Made by a program: the position numbers and the translations under genes. From positions 1 through 33,786 of IMG/VR virus record IMGVR_UViG_3300037755_001324: DNA of 33,786 nucleotides, one strand, 5' to 3'. This document shows, one piece after another, positions 14,421 to 23,189 of this stretch. Below the pieces are notes generated by a model. That model made no database searches. It saw only the letters and a program-made list of their open reading frames with translations, and had not been told where the DNA came from. The stretch's first letter is position 1. Each line of letters begins with the position of its first letter. Source of the stretch: a virus. Taxonomy: Duplodnaviria > Caudoviricetes.

Positions 14421-16635
14421 CGTGCGCATCGAGGCGGGGGACTGCGTCGCGGTCATGGCGCGGCTCAAGGCCGAGGGCGTGTGGGTCGATGCCGTCGTGA
14501 CCGATCCGCCCTATCACCTGACGTCGATCGTGAAGCGGTTCGGCGCAGAGAACGCGGCGCCCGTCAAAGTTCCTGCGAACGGCACCGGCGCCTATGCGCG
14601 CACGTCCAAGGGCTTCATGGGGAAAGTTTGGGATGGCGGCGACGTGGCGTTCCGGGTCGAGACCTGGCGGGCCGTGTTCGACGTCATGAAGCCGGGCGCA
14701 CACCTGGTCGCGTTCGGCGGCACGCGGACCTATCACCGCATGGCCTGTGCCATCGAGGACGCGGGCTTCGAGATCCGCGACTCGATCCTCGAGCTGGTGG
14801 CGGGCGACGCGGCCGTGCGCGCGTTCCTCGACACGCTGTCGGCCGAGCAGGCGGCGGCGTTCCTGCGCTGCGTCGAGGACTCGCAGTTCGGCGGGCTGCT
14901 CGAATGGGTCTACGGCTCGGGCTTCCCGAAATCGCACGACGTGAGCAAGGGGATCGACCGGGCGCGCGATGATTACGAAGATATTTGCCGCGTGGCGCTG
15001 TGGCTTCGCCCGCATATCGAGCGCGTCGGCTTCGCCATTGTTACTAAACATTTTGGCTTCAAGGACGAGACTATGGCTCGCGCGCGCTGGACGACGCGCA
15101 GTCAGCCACAGGTGCCGACCTGGGATCAATGGCTGGCGCTGAAAGGCCTGTTGAAATTCGGCGACGAGATGGACGCCGAGGTCTGGCGGCTCAACGGCCG
15201 CAAGGGCACGCCGGGCGAAGCGTGGGCCGAGCGTGAGTTTTATGACGAGCCGACCGGCGGACTGCATGGCGGCACCGGCAACACCGTCGGCGCGTTCGCG
15301 AAGGGGCGGCAGGCGAAACCCGGTGGCGTTACCGATGCCGCCAAACAATGGGCGGGCTGGGGCACGGCGCTCAAGCCGGCGTGGGAGCCGATCGTGCTGG
15401 CGCGCAAGCCGCTGGACGGGACGGTCGCGGAGACGGTGCTGAAGCACGGCACGGGGGCGCTGAACATCGACGGGTGCCGGGTCGGCGATGAAGAAATTAG
15501 CCAGCACGGCAGAACGAAAGACGACTTCGGGTTTACGACGGCCGAGGCCGCCGGCCGAGCTTGGACCGGCCGCTGGCCGGCCAACGTCGTGCATGACGGC
15601 TCGCCGGAGGTGCTGGCGGGGTTTCCGTATTCGGAGAGTGCGCCGACCAGGTCGGTCTGGAAGGCGAGCGCAACGAACACAATCGGTCTTGGCATCAATA
15701 ACGGCCCTCGCCCTGGCAGCGAGTTTAGCGACTCCGGTTCCGCCGCGCGGTTCTTTTATTGCGCCAAGGCCGACGAGGGCGACCGTCTGGGGTCGAAGCA
15801 TCCGACGGTCAAGCCCGTGGACCTCATGGCGTGGCTGGTGCGGCTGGTGACGCCCAAAAGCGTGTTATCGTGCCCCGCCTGTGATAATCTAAGCCATGGC
15901 AAAAGCACCAAGAATACCGATACCAACCCGCCCGTGCGGGGTATGTCGGAAACCGTTCAAACCGCGGGACAACGGGCACACTGGCAAGTATTGCAGCCAA
16001 GCGTGCGCGGGCCTAGCCAGGAGGCTCCAGCCGACTCCGTGCGAATGGTGCGGGACGATGTTCCAGCCGAGGAAGGACGGCGCGAGGAGGTTCTGCACTC
16101 GGACATGCGCCGCGAAATGGAACGGGAAGAACCGACTCTCGGCCAAGGGCTTCGTGATCACGAAGCGCGGGTACAAGCTGCTGAGGATGCCGGAACACCC
16201 GCAAGCCAAGCGCGGCTACATCTTCGAGCATCGTTGGGTGATGGAACAGAAGATCGGTCGGATGCTAATGCCGAACGAGGTTGTGCATCACGTAAATGGG
16301 GGGAAGTTGGACAACCGTCCAGAGAACCTGGAGTTGATGACGAAGACAGCGCACGACGCGCTGAAGCCTCCGAAGCCGGGCCAAGTGACGTGCCCGCACT
16401 GTCAAGGGCTCGTTCATCTAAGCCGCACTGCTCGCGTTGTGGAACGGAGCTAGTTAGCCGCCCGGGCCTCGTTTTAGATCCATTCGCGGGCACCGGCACG
16501 ACCGGCATGGCGTGCCTGCGCGAGGGCATGCGCGCGCTGCTGATCGAGCGCGAGGCCGAGTACCTGGCCGACATCCGCCGCCGGCTCGACCATGTGAGCG
16601 GCGCCGATACACCTTTGTTCGGGGGTGGCGCGTGA
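14413..16635 (+). CDS. Beta-class DNA methyltransferase with large in-frame insertions
   Basis: VTDPPY, WVYGSGFPKS, ALKPAWEPI, HPTVKP, VLDPFAGTGTT. Confidence 0.9.
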   Translation: MDSVRIEAGDCVAVMARLKAEGVWVDAVVTDPPYHLTSIVKRFGAENAAPVKVPANGTGAYARTSKGFMGKVWDGGDVAFRVETWRAVFDVMKPGAHLVAFGGTRTYHRMACAIEDAGFEIRDSILELVAGDAAVRAFLDTLSAEQAAAFLRCVEDSQFGGLLEWVYGSGFPKSHDVSKGIDRARDDYEDICRVALWLRPHIERVGFAIVTKHFGFKDETMARARWTTRSQPQVPTWDQWLALKGLLKFGDEMDAEVWRLNGRKGTPGEAWAEREFYDEPTGGLHGGTGNTVGAFAKGRQAKPGGVTDAAKQWAGWGTALKPAWEPIVLARKPLDGTVAETVLKHGTGALNIDGCRVGDEEISQHGRTKDDFGFTTAEAAGRAWTGRWPANVVHDGSPEVLAGFPYSESAPTRSVWKASATNTIGLGINNGPRPGSEFSDSGSAARFFYCAKADEGDRLGSKHPTVKPVDLMAWLVRLVTPKSVLSCPACDNLSHGKSTKNTDTNPPVRGMSETVQTAGQRAHWQVLQPSVRGPSQEAPADSVRMVRDDVPAEEGRREEVLHSDMRREMEREEPTLGQGLRDHEARVQAAEDAGTPASQARLHLRASLGDGTEDRSDANAERGCASRKWGEVGQPSREPGVDDEDSARRAEASEAGPSDVPALSRARSSKPHCSRCGTELVSRPGLVLDPFAGTGTTGMACLREGMRALLIEREAEYLADIRRRLDHVSGADTPLFGGGA
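15896..16453 (+). CDS. HNH endonuclease with N-terminal Zn-finger repeats, overprinted in the +1 frame of the MTase
   Basis: CGVCRKPF..KYCSQAC, CEWCG..FCTRTC, EHRWVME..GR..EVVHHVNGGKLDNRPENLEL. Confidence 0.9.
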   Translation: MAKAPRIPIPTRPCGVCRKPFKPRDNGHTGKYCSQACAGLARRLQPTPCEWCGTMFQPRKDGARRFCTRTCAAKWNGKNRLSAKGFVITKRGYKLLRMPEHPQAKRGYIFEHRWVMEQKIGRMLMPNEVVHHVNGGKLDNRPENLELMTKTAHDALKPPKPGQVTCPHCQGLVHLSRTARVVERS

Positions 16636-16646
16636 ACAGGAAGGTT

Positions 16647-16739
16647 CACCACAGAGACACAGAGACACAGAGAAGGACTCCCGCGCCGCTGCGCGGCGCA
16701 ACCCCCCTTTCTTCTCTGTGTCTCTGTGTCTCTGTGGTT
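16647..16739. repeat. Family A inverted-repeat element
   Basis: CACCACAGAGACACAGAGACACAGAGAAG...CTTCTCTGTGTCTCTGTGTCTCTGTGGTT. Confidence 0.95.
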
Positions 16740-16775
16740 GGCCTTTTCCGGGGTCGAGCGTGAATGAATGGTCGA

Positions 16776-16801
16776 TCCTCCTACGCCAAGGCTACGGAGG
16801 A
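16776..16801 (+). repeat. Family B single hairpin
   Basis: TCCTCCTACGCCAAGGCTACGGAGGA. Confidence 0.8.
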
Positions 16802-16826
16802 CGGGCCGGGAGATCAGAGTGAGTGA

Positions 16827-18371
16827 ATGGCCGACGATAGGAGCATCGATGATGGCGGCGGGCCGCGGGCGTTCATGCCGGGGCGGCGGCGCAGGCCCGC
16901 CGAGACGCCGGAGGAGCGGGCCGAGCGCGAGGAGCGCGCGCGCGTCTGGCGCGCCGAGGTCGCGCGGCGCCACGACGAGATCCGCATGGCGGTGCTGCAT
17001 CTCAACCGGGCACACGCCTTCGTCGTGCTGGGCGGCGAGGCGCGGGTGCTGCGCGACTGGCCGGACGAGGCGGACCGCATGATCACGCAGATCGTCTCGC
17101 CGCGCGCCTTCGCGCTCCAGCACGGCAACAACTGGTACGAGACCGAGGAGGACCCGATGTCGCTGGGCGATCTGTGGCTGAAGCATCCGGACCGGCGCGA
17201 CGTGCTCGGCATCACCTTCGCGCCGCATGGCTGCGAGCCCGACTGGTGGAACCTGTGGCGCGGCTTCGACGTCGCGCCGTCGGACGTGCCGCTCGAGACG
17301 GCGTGCCCGGTTTTTCTCGACCATCTGCGCACCAATGTCTGCGGCGGCGACGCGGCGCTGCTCGCCTGGCTGGTCGGCTGGTTCGCCCACATGGTGCAGC
17401 GGCCGGCCGAGCGCATCGGCACCGCCGTCGCGCTGGTCGGCAAGATGGGCGCCGGCAAGACCAAGGTCGGCGAGGTGATCGGGTCGCTGTTCTCGCGCCA
17501 CTACGTGCTGGTCGACAGCGAGCGCTACGTCACCGGCCAGTTCAACGTGCACATGGCGACGTGCCTGCTGCTCGAATCGGACGAGAGCTTCTGGGCCGGC
17601 GACAAGAAATCGATCGGCCGGCTCAAGGGCCTGGTGACGTCGAAGATGCACATGATCGAGAAGAAGGGCGTCGACGCGGTGATGATGCCGAACTACATCC
17701 GCCTCCTGATGACCTCGAACGAGGCGTGGGCGATTCCGGCCGGGCTCGAGGAGCGGCGCTGGGCGGTGTTCAAGATCGGCGAGCTGGCGATGCAGAACAA
17801 GCCGTATTTCGCGGCGATCGACCGCGAGATGGACGCGGGCGGCCGCGCGGCGCTGCTCGGGCACCTGCTGCGCTTCGACCTCGACTCGGTCGACGTGCGC
17901 ACCATCCCGCGCACGCGCGCGCTGGTCGACCAGAAGATCCACAGCCTCGACGCGCACGACATGTGGTGGCTCGAGCGCCTGAAGGAGGGCACGCCGACCG
18001 CGCGCTGGCAGCACTGGCCGCCCTACGTCATCGGCACCGAGCTCTACGGCAGCTACCACCAGTTCGCCGACCGGCTCGGCCGGCAGCACAAGCTGAGCGA
18101 GGAGCAGCTGGCGATGCACCTGCGCACGCGCCTGCCGCCGGAGCGGCCGGACGGCGAGATCATGCCGCGCAAGCGCGTGACGGTGCACGAGAGCGACGAG
18201 ACGGGCCGGCCGACGACGCGCCGGCCGTGGGTCTACATGCTGCCGAAGCTCGATGCCTGCCGGGCGCATTTCGAGGCGCTGATGGGCGCCGAGGGGATGA
18301 TGGGCTGGGGCGGCCCTGCTTCGCCGGAGGCTACGCAGGGTGCGCGTGACGACGAGGAGGACGGGTCATGA
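16827..18371 (+). CDS. SF3/D5-like replicative helicase (DUF5906-type)
   Basis: WNLWRGF, Walker A GKMGAGKT, Walker B LLESDE, IEKKG, MTSN, ERRW. Confidence 0.88.
   Translation: MADDRSIDDGGGPRAFMPGRRRRPAETPEERAEREERARVWRAEVARRHDEIRMAVLHLNRAHAFVVLGGEARVLRDWPDEADRMITQIVSPRAFALQHGNNWYETEEDPMSLGDLWLKHPDRRDVLGITFAPHGCEPDWWNLWRGFDVAPSDVPLETACPVFLDHLRTNVCGGDAALLAWLVGWFAHMVQRPAERIGTAVALVGKMGAGKTKVGEVIGSLFSRHYVLVDSERYVTGQFNVHMATCLLLESDESFWAGDKKSIGRLKGLVTSKMHMIEKKGVDAVMMPNYIRLLMTSNEAWAIPAGLEERRWAVFKIGELAMQNKPYFAAIDREMDAGGRAALLGHLLRFDLDSVDVRTIPRTRALVDQKIHSLDAHDMWWLERLKEGTPTARWQHWPPYVIGTELYGSYHQFADRLGRQHKLSEEQLAMHLRTRLPPERPDGEIMPRKRVTVHESDETGRPTTRRPWVYMLPKLDACRAHFEALMGAEGMMGWGGPASPEATQGARDDEEDGS
18314..18340 (+). 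repeat. Family B variant hairpin near the helicase C-terminus
   Basis: CCCTGCTTCGCCGGAGGCTACGCAGGG. Confidence 0.75.
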
Positions 18372-18613
18372 TCGAGTCGTTGGTCCGGGCGGTGACGCTC
18401 GCGGCGGCACTCGCTTTTGCCGTGCTGGTCGTCGCCGGCCTGGCCGTCGCGATACCGATCGGCGCGGTGGCTCTGATCGATTTTACGACCAGGGTCGTGG
18501 GGCCGCTGCCGGGCATTGTTCTGGCGATCGCCGCGATGGTCGGCGCGGTTGGTTTCTGCTTGTCGCTGGTTGCTTCTTTGGTGACGTCCCTAAACCGGAG
18601 TAACGGGTCATGA
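18368..18613 (+). CDS. Small membrane protein
   Basis: GAGGA RBS, ATGA overlap, hydrophobic helices. Confidence 0.7.
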   Translation: MIESLVRAVTLAAALAFAVLVVAGLAVAIPIGAVALIDFTTRVVGPLPGIVLAIAAMVGAVGFCLSLVASLVTSLNRSNGS

Positions 18614-18858
18614 AGCGGATACTGGTCTCGGCCGCCGGTGCGGTGCTGGCGGCGGTGATGCTGGTCGTGACGGTCGCGGGCAACATGGTCGCGCTCGCGG
18701 TGTGCGCGCTGGCCTTCGTCGCCTTCACGGTCGGGGTGCTGGCGCCGGCCGCGGCCGTGGTGGTCGCCGGCAGCGCGCTGGTCGGCGCCGTCTCGTTGAG
18801 CACGCAGGTGTGGGTCTGGCTGGCGGGCTCGCGGCGACGGCGGGAGCCGCGGCCATGA
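18610..18858 (+). CDS. Small membrane protein
   Basis: ATGA overlap, almost entirely hydrophobic with a basic tail. Confidence 0.7.
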   Translation: MKRILVSAAGAVLAAVMLVVTVAGNMVALAVCALAFVAFTVGVLAPAAAVVVAGSALVGAVSLSTQVWVWLAGSRRRREPRP

Positions 18859-19145
18859 CGTTGATCGACGTCGAGTGGAGCCTGACGGTCGGCGACTCGC
18901 CCACGTCGCATCGGCAGACGACGCTGCTGCCGCCCTGGGCGGAGGTTGCGTCGAACGCCGAGACGGTCGCCGAGGCCTGCGCCAGCGCGTACTTCACGCG
19001 CGCCGAATGGGTGGAGTGGTTCGGCACCGAGGACGACGAGGCCGGGGTAATTATCGATATCCACAAGCCGGCGGCCGTGGCCGGGCGCTACAGCGTCGCG
19101 CTCGGCCGGACGGTGACTGCGCACGCGATCAAGGAGAAGGGCTGA
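18855..19145 (+). CDS. Hypothetical protein
   Basis: ATGA overlap; MTLIDVEWSLTVG... Confidence 0.6.
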   Translation: MTLIDVEWSLTVGDSPTSHRQTTLLPPWAEVASNAETVAEACASAYFTRAEWVEWFGTEDDEAGVIIDIHKPAAVAGRYSVALGRTVTAHAIKEKG

Positions 19146-19378
19146 TGGTATACATAGTCAGGGTCGATTGCGGCGCCGGCGCCATGATGGCCGCACCGAC
19201 CGCGGAATTCCGCCACTTCCTGCGCCACGATGTAGCGGTCGGTCTTGTCTTCAACCGGGCCGCCGCCGACGCGTTGGACAGCTACGCGTACCTCGTGACC
19301 GAGTGCAGCAAGGCAGAGGCGTGGCGGCGGATCATGGCCATCCGCGCCGCGCTGGCCCTGCCGATCAGGGAGGGTTGA
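19145..19378 (+). CDS. Hypothetical protein
   Basis: TGATG overlap, AAGGAG upstream. Confidence 0.55.
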   Translation: MVYIVRVDCGAGAMMAAPTAEFRHFLRHDVAVGLVFNRAAADALDSYAYLVTECSKAEAWRRIMAIRAALALPIREG

Positions 19379-19381
19379 GCG

Positions 19382-19879
19382 ATGGGCGAGCATCTGATCG
19401 ACGGCGAGTTCCAGAGCGACAAATATCCGACGACGCCGCGCGGCAAGGTGCCGCTCAGCACCAAGGACCCGACGGCGCAGGATCTGCTGGCGGAGTACGC
19501 CCGCCGCCGGCGCGCGGTCGATGCCGCGTTCTCGGACGATCTCAAGGAAGCGCTGCGGCTCAAGGGCTACGTGCCCGCGCCGGCGGCGGGCGGGAGCGCG
19601 CTGTCGGAGGCCGAGCTTGTCGAGATCGTGCGGCGGGTGATGGCGGCCGGTGGGATACTCGACGAGGAGACGATCGCCAAGGGGCGCGACTTCATCCGGG
19701 CGTTCTTCGATGCGTTGCCGCGGGACGTGAAGCTGCTGCGGCGGTACGCCGGCGTGGCGATGGTCAGTCACGCGCTGGCGGCGGACAGCACGGCGCGGCG
19801 TCCGCTCGGGATGGCGGCGATGTTTGCGGAGATGTGGGACGCCGCGCCGCCGGGCCTGGCGCCGGAGGCCGGCTCGTGA
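19382..19879 (+). CDS. Hypothetical phage protein
   Basis: GGAGGG RBS; MGEHLIDGEFQSDKYP... Confidence 0.7.
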   Translation: MGEHLIDGEFQSDKYPTTPRGKVPLSTKDPTAQDLLAEYARRRRAVDAAFSDDLKEALRLKGYVPAPAAGGSALSEAELVEIVRRVMAAGGILDEETIAKGRDFIRAFFDALPRDVKLLRRYAGVAMVSHALAADSTARRPLGMAAMFAEMWDAAPPGLAPEAGS

Positions 19880-20418
19880 GCGGGATGTCGAAGCGGCAGA
19901 CGGATGCGCTCGCGCATTTCGCGCGTCGGATGGAGTCGGCCGGCGGCGTGCTCAAGATGCATTTCGATCGAGCGCGGCACTGTGGGGGCCGGGCCCCCGG
20001 TGCGCTGAGGCCGGATGTGGTGTTTGAACTGCACGGCGAACTGACGCGGTTCGTGGGGGCCCTGACCGACGACCTGCGCGCGCTTGCCGAGGCGCTGGGC
20101 GACGGCGCGGTGGCGGTGCCGGTGGCGCGGGCGGCCGAGGGCGTGGCCGTCCTCGGCGTGGATCTCGCCGCCGAGGGCGAAGACAGGACCGTCTATCCGG
20201 AGGCGACCATGACTGAGCGCCGCCCGCGCTGCGAGCTGTGCCGGTTCGTGCTGGGGCCCGCGCCGCTGCCGCTGGTGTGCGCGAACGCGGCGTCGCCGTA
20301 CGGCGGCGAGCGGGTGGCGGAGACCGACCGATGCGACCTGTTCCAGCTGGACATCGCCCGCGCGCTGGGCGGCGACGAGGACGCGGGCGTGGGCTGCACG
20401 GGGCCGAAACGGAGGTGA
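19876..20418 (+). CDS. Hypothetical protein with C-terminal Cys cluster
   Basis: GTGA overlap; CELCRF..C.N..SPY..CDLF. Confidence 0.55.
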   Translation: MSGMSKRQTDALAHFARRMESAGGVLKMHFDRARHCGGRAPGALRPDVVFELHGELTRFVGALTDDLRALAEALGDGAVAVPVARAAEGVAVLGVDLAAEGEDRTVYPEATMTERRPRCELCRFVLGPAPLPLVCANAASPYGGERVAETDRCDLFQLDIARALGGDEDAGVGCTGPKRR

Positions 20419-20423
20419 CGGCG

Positions 20424-21083
20424 ATGAAAAACCGGATGAGCGTGAAAACGCGGTCGGCGCATAAGAAAGCCACTGCCAAGCGTGGTCGGCGCCGCACGAT
20501 CAAGATCACGGGGCACGACTTGTTGAAGCGGGCGCTGGTCGATGTGCAGCCGAAGATCCAGCGCGGCCTCCGCGCGGCGCTTGCCGCAGCGGTTGAAGCG
20601 GGCAGACAAGGGAGTGGAGCGATGGGCGAGTCGAAAAATTGGACGTGTTACATTTGTGGCACATGGAACAGCCACGTGTTGGCTGCCTGCAACCATTGCC
20701 GCGTGCCACGCGCTCATTCGGGCAGCAAAACCGCGTCCGGCGAGGCGGCGAATTGGACGTGTCACATTTGCGGCGCTTTGAACAGCAACGTGCGGGCTGC
20801 CTGCAGCCAGTGCCGCGTGCCACGCGCTCATTCGGGCAGCAAAACCGCGTCCGCCGAGGTGGTCGACCATCCGGCGCATTACGGCGGCGCGGACGATCCC
20901 TATGAGGCGATCAAGGTGATCGAGGCGTGGGCGCTCGGCTTCTGCCTGGGCAACGCGGTCAAGTATGTCTGCCGCGCCGGGCGGAAGAATGTCGACCCGC
21001 TCGAGGATCTGAAAAAGGCGCGCTGGTATCTGGACCGCGAGATCACCTATCTGGAGCGCAATCGGGAGGCGAGCGATGGATAA
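20424..21083 (+). CDS. Two RanBP2-type Zn fingers plus DUF3310 domain (alternative start 20622)
   Basis: WTCxxCxxxN-x6-CxxC twice; VDHPAHY..EAI.VI..FCLGNAVKY..RAGRK..EDLKKARWYL. Confidence 0.85.
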   Translation: MKNRMSVKTRSAHKKATAKRGRRRTIKITGHDLLKRALVDVQPKIQRGLRAALAAAVEAGRQGSGAMGESKNWTCYICGTWNSHVLAACNHCRVPRAHSGSKTASGEAANWTCHICGALNSNVRAACSQCRVPRAHSGSKTASAEVVDHPAHYGGADDPYEAIKVIEAWALGFCLGNAVKYVCRAGRKNVDPLEDLKKARWYLDREITYLERNREASDG

Positions 21084-21780
21084 ACCCTTTCAAAACGCCA
21101 CGATCGGCGTGCTCGATCACGGCTTTGTCCGGCTGGTCGATTGGATGGGCTCGGACCTGTCGGTGGTGCGCGCGGCGCGCGTGTCGCACGACGCGGCGTG
21201 GCGGGCGGGCAAGGATCCGGGCGGCGACGTGCGGCTGATCGGCTATCTCTGGCGGCACCGGCACACGACGCCGTTCGAGGCGGTGACTCTGACCTTCGAG
21301 GTGATGGCGCCGATCTTCGTGCTGCGCCAGTGGCACCGGCACCGGACGTGGTCTTACAACGAGCTGTCGGCGCGCTACCGCGAATTGCCCGAGCGGTTCT
21401 ATGTGCCGGCGCCGGAGGTCATCGGCATCCAGCAGGAAAACGACAAACAGGCGCGCGAGATCGGCGACGGCGCCGGCGCCGATCTGGCGATGCGGGCGCG
21501 CGAGGTCGAGGCGCTGCGCGCTGCCATGGCGGCATCGTTCGAGAACTACCGGCGCCTGCTCGCCGCCGGGTGGCCGCGGGAGCTGGCGCGCTCGGTGCTG
21601 CCGGTCGCGACCTACAGCCATATGTTCGCGACGGTCAACCTGCTCAATCTGATGCGGTTCCTGACGCTGCGCTGCGACGCGCACGCCCAGTACGAGATCC
21701 GCGTCTATGCCGAGGCCTGCCGCGATCTGGCCCGCGCCGTCGCGCCGGAATGCATCCGGGCGTGGGAGGACGCACCATGA
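21076..21780 (+). CDS. thyX: FAD-dependent thymidylate synthase
   Basis: AARVS, HTTPFE, RHRTWSYNELSARY, ELARSVLP, HAQYEIR. Confidence 0.96.
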   Translation: MDKPFQNATIGVLDHGFVRLVDWMGSDLSVVRAARVSHDAAWRAGKDPGGDVRLIGYLWRHRHTTPFEAVTLTFEVMAPIFVLRQWHRHRTWSYNELSARYRELPERFYVPAPEVIGIQQENDKQAREIGDGAGADLAMRAREVEALRAAMAASFENYRRLLAAGWPRELARSVLPVATYSHMFATVNLLNLMRFLTLRCDAHAQYEIRVYAEACRDLARAVAPECIRAWEDAP

Positions 21781-22091
21781 CGGTCTACGCCTATCAGAAC
21801 CGCTGCGTGCTTTGCGACAAGCTGTTCGATACGCCGGACAAGCGGCAGGTCGCGTGCCCGGGCTGCCGTCGGTGGCTCAGACGGCGTGGTCGTATCCGCG
21901 CGCAGATCATGCGGATATTGGATGCACTCGGCTTCGGGCTGTGCGTGCTGGTCGTCTGGATCGTCTCAGATTGGCTGTTGTATCGGCTCGGGGATGGCGC
22001 GCTCAACACGCCGGCCGAGTTCGTGACCGGGATAATTTTTGCGTCGGGCGGCTATTGGGCGGGCCAGGGCGGCTTCCGGAGGCGGGCATGA
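21777..22091 (+). CDS. Zn-ribbon plus TM hypothetical protein
   Basis: CVLC..CPGC followed by hydrophobic helices; ATGA overlaps. Confidence 0.6.
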   Translation: MTVYAYQNRCVLCDKLFDTPDKRQVACPGCRRWLRRRGRIRAQIMRILDALGFGLCVLVVWIVSDWLLYRLGDGALNTPAEFVTGIIFASGGYWAGQGGFRRRA

Positions 22092-22291
22092 AATTGTCCT
22101 CCGTCGTTTTCGTGGTCTATGTGCTCGGCGCGGTCGCGGCTTATGGCTACGACCTCGGCGCGGTGACGCGCGAGCGCGCGGTGGAAGCATGTTTCGGGTG
22201 TCCCGCACCCGAATTCAGCGCCTTCATGCGCGCCATCTTCTGGCCCGCCACCAAGCCGCTCGCGGCGAGCGCCTGGTTGTGGGGGAGGTGA
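22088..22291 (+). CDS. Small membrane hypothetical protein
   Basis: ATGA overlap; hydrophobic N-terminus. Confidence 0.55.
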   Translation: MKLSSVVFVVYVLGAVAAYGYDLGAVTRERAVEACFGCPAPEFSAFMRAIFWPATKPLAASAWLWGR

Positions 22292-22295
22292 GACG

Positions 22296-23108
22296 ATGAC
22301 AGACATGGGCGACGTGATCCGCGCGCACATCGGGCGGATCGAGCGGGAGATGGATGTGCGGGTGCTGTTCGCGTGCGAGGCGGGGAGCCGGGCGTGGGGC
22401 ATCGAGTCGCCGGACAGCGATTACGACGTGCGGTTCATCTACCGCCACCGGCTCGACTGCTATCTGAGCCTCGCGCCGTGGCGCGACACGATCGAGCATC
22501 CGTTCGGGCCCATGGCGGAGACCTTGGATCTCGTCGGCTGGGACGTGCGCAAGGCGCTGCGCCTGGCGGGCAAGAGCAACCCGGCGCTGCTGGAATGGCT
22601 GGCGAGCCCGATCTTCTATTGCGGCGAGGGCGAGTGGTTCCGCGCGGGCCTGCGCGACATCATGGCCGATTACTCGCCCCGGGCGCTGATGCACCACTAT
22701 GTCAGCCTGGCCGCGCGGCAGCACAAGGCCTACTGGAAGCCGGGCGCGCCGGTGCGGCTCAAGAAGTATTTCTACGCGGTGCGGCCGCTGCTCGCGGTGC
22801 TGTGGATGGCGAGCCACGGCCATGGCCTGCCGTGGCTCCGGGTCGACGCCCTTCTGGACGGCGTCGTGGGGCGCTATCGCACCCTGTTCGGGCCGGACGA
22901 GGTCGGGGCGCTCCGGACGCTGCTGACCCTCAAGCGCCAGTCCGGCGAGATGGCGGACGGGCGAATCGGCGCGCTCGACGGCTTCATCTCGGCGGCGCTG
23001 CCGGTCTGCCGGTCGATGGCGGAAGCGGCGCCGCGGCGCGAGCCGCACCCGGCGGCGCTGGACGCGCTGTTCCGGGCGACGATCAACGCGCCGTGGGGTG
23101 AGGCGTGA
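22296..23108 (+). CDS. Pol-beta superfamily nucleotidyltransferase (YcgL/RlaP-like)
   Basis: ACEAGSRAWGIESPDSDYDVRFIY, GWDVRKAL, SNPALLEWL.SP, LKKYFY. Confidence 0.92.
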   Translation: MTDMGDVIRAHIGRIEREMDVRVLFACEAGSRAWGIESPDSDYDVRFIYRHRLDCYLSLAPWRDTIEHPFGPMAETLDLVGWDVRKALRLAGKSNPALLEWLASPIFYCGEGEWFRAGLRDIMADYSPRALMHHYVSLAARQHKAYWKPGAPVRLKKYFYAVRPLLAVLWMASHGHGLPWLRVDALLDGVVGRYRTLFGPDEVGALRTLLTLKRQSGEMADGRIGALDGFISAALPVCRSMAEAAPRREPHPAALDALFRATINAPWGEA

Positions 23109-23153
23109 GCGGCTCACAAATGCGCGCGCGCATTTTGCGTGCGGGTTTGGCGG

Positions 23154-23179
23154 CCCTGCTTCGCCAAGGCTTCGCAGGG
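23154..23179 (+). repeat. Family B variant hairpin (intergenic)
   Basis: CCCTGCTTCGCCAAGGCTTCGCAGGG. Confidence 0.8.
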
Positions 23180-23189
23180 TTCGCTCGAG

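Noticed and set aside
15856-16461. Intein or group I intron in the MTase
   Set aside because: No intein splice-junction residues; the nuclease is in a different frame; almost no non-coding sequence is left for a ribozyme core. Splicing is not formally excluded without RT-PCR.
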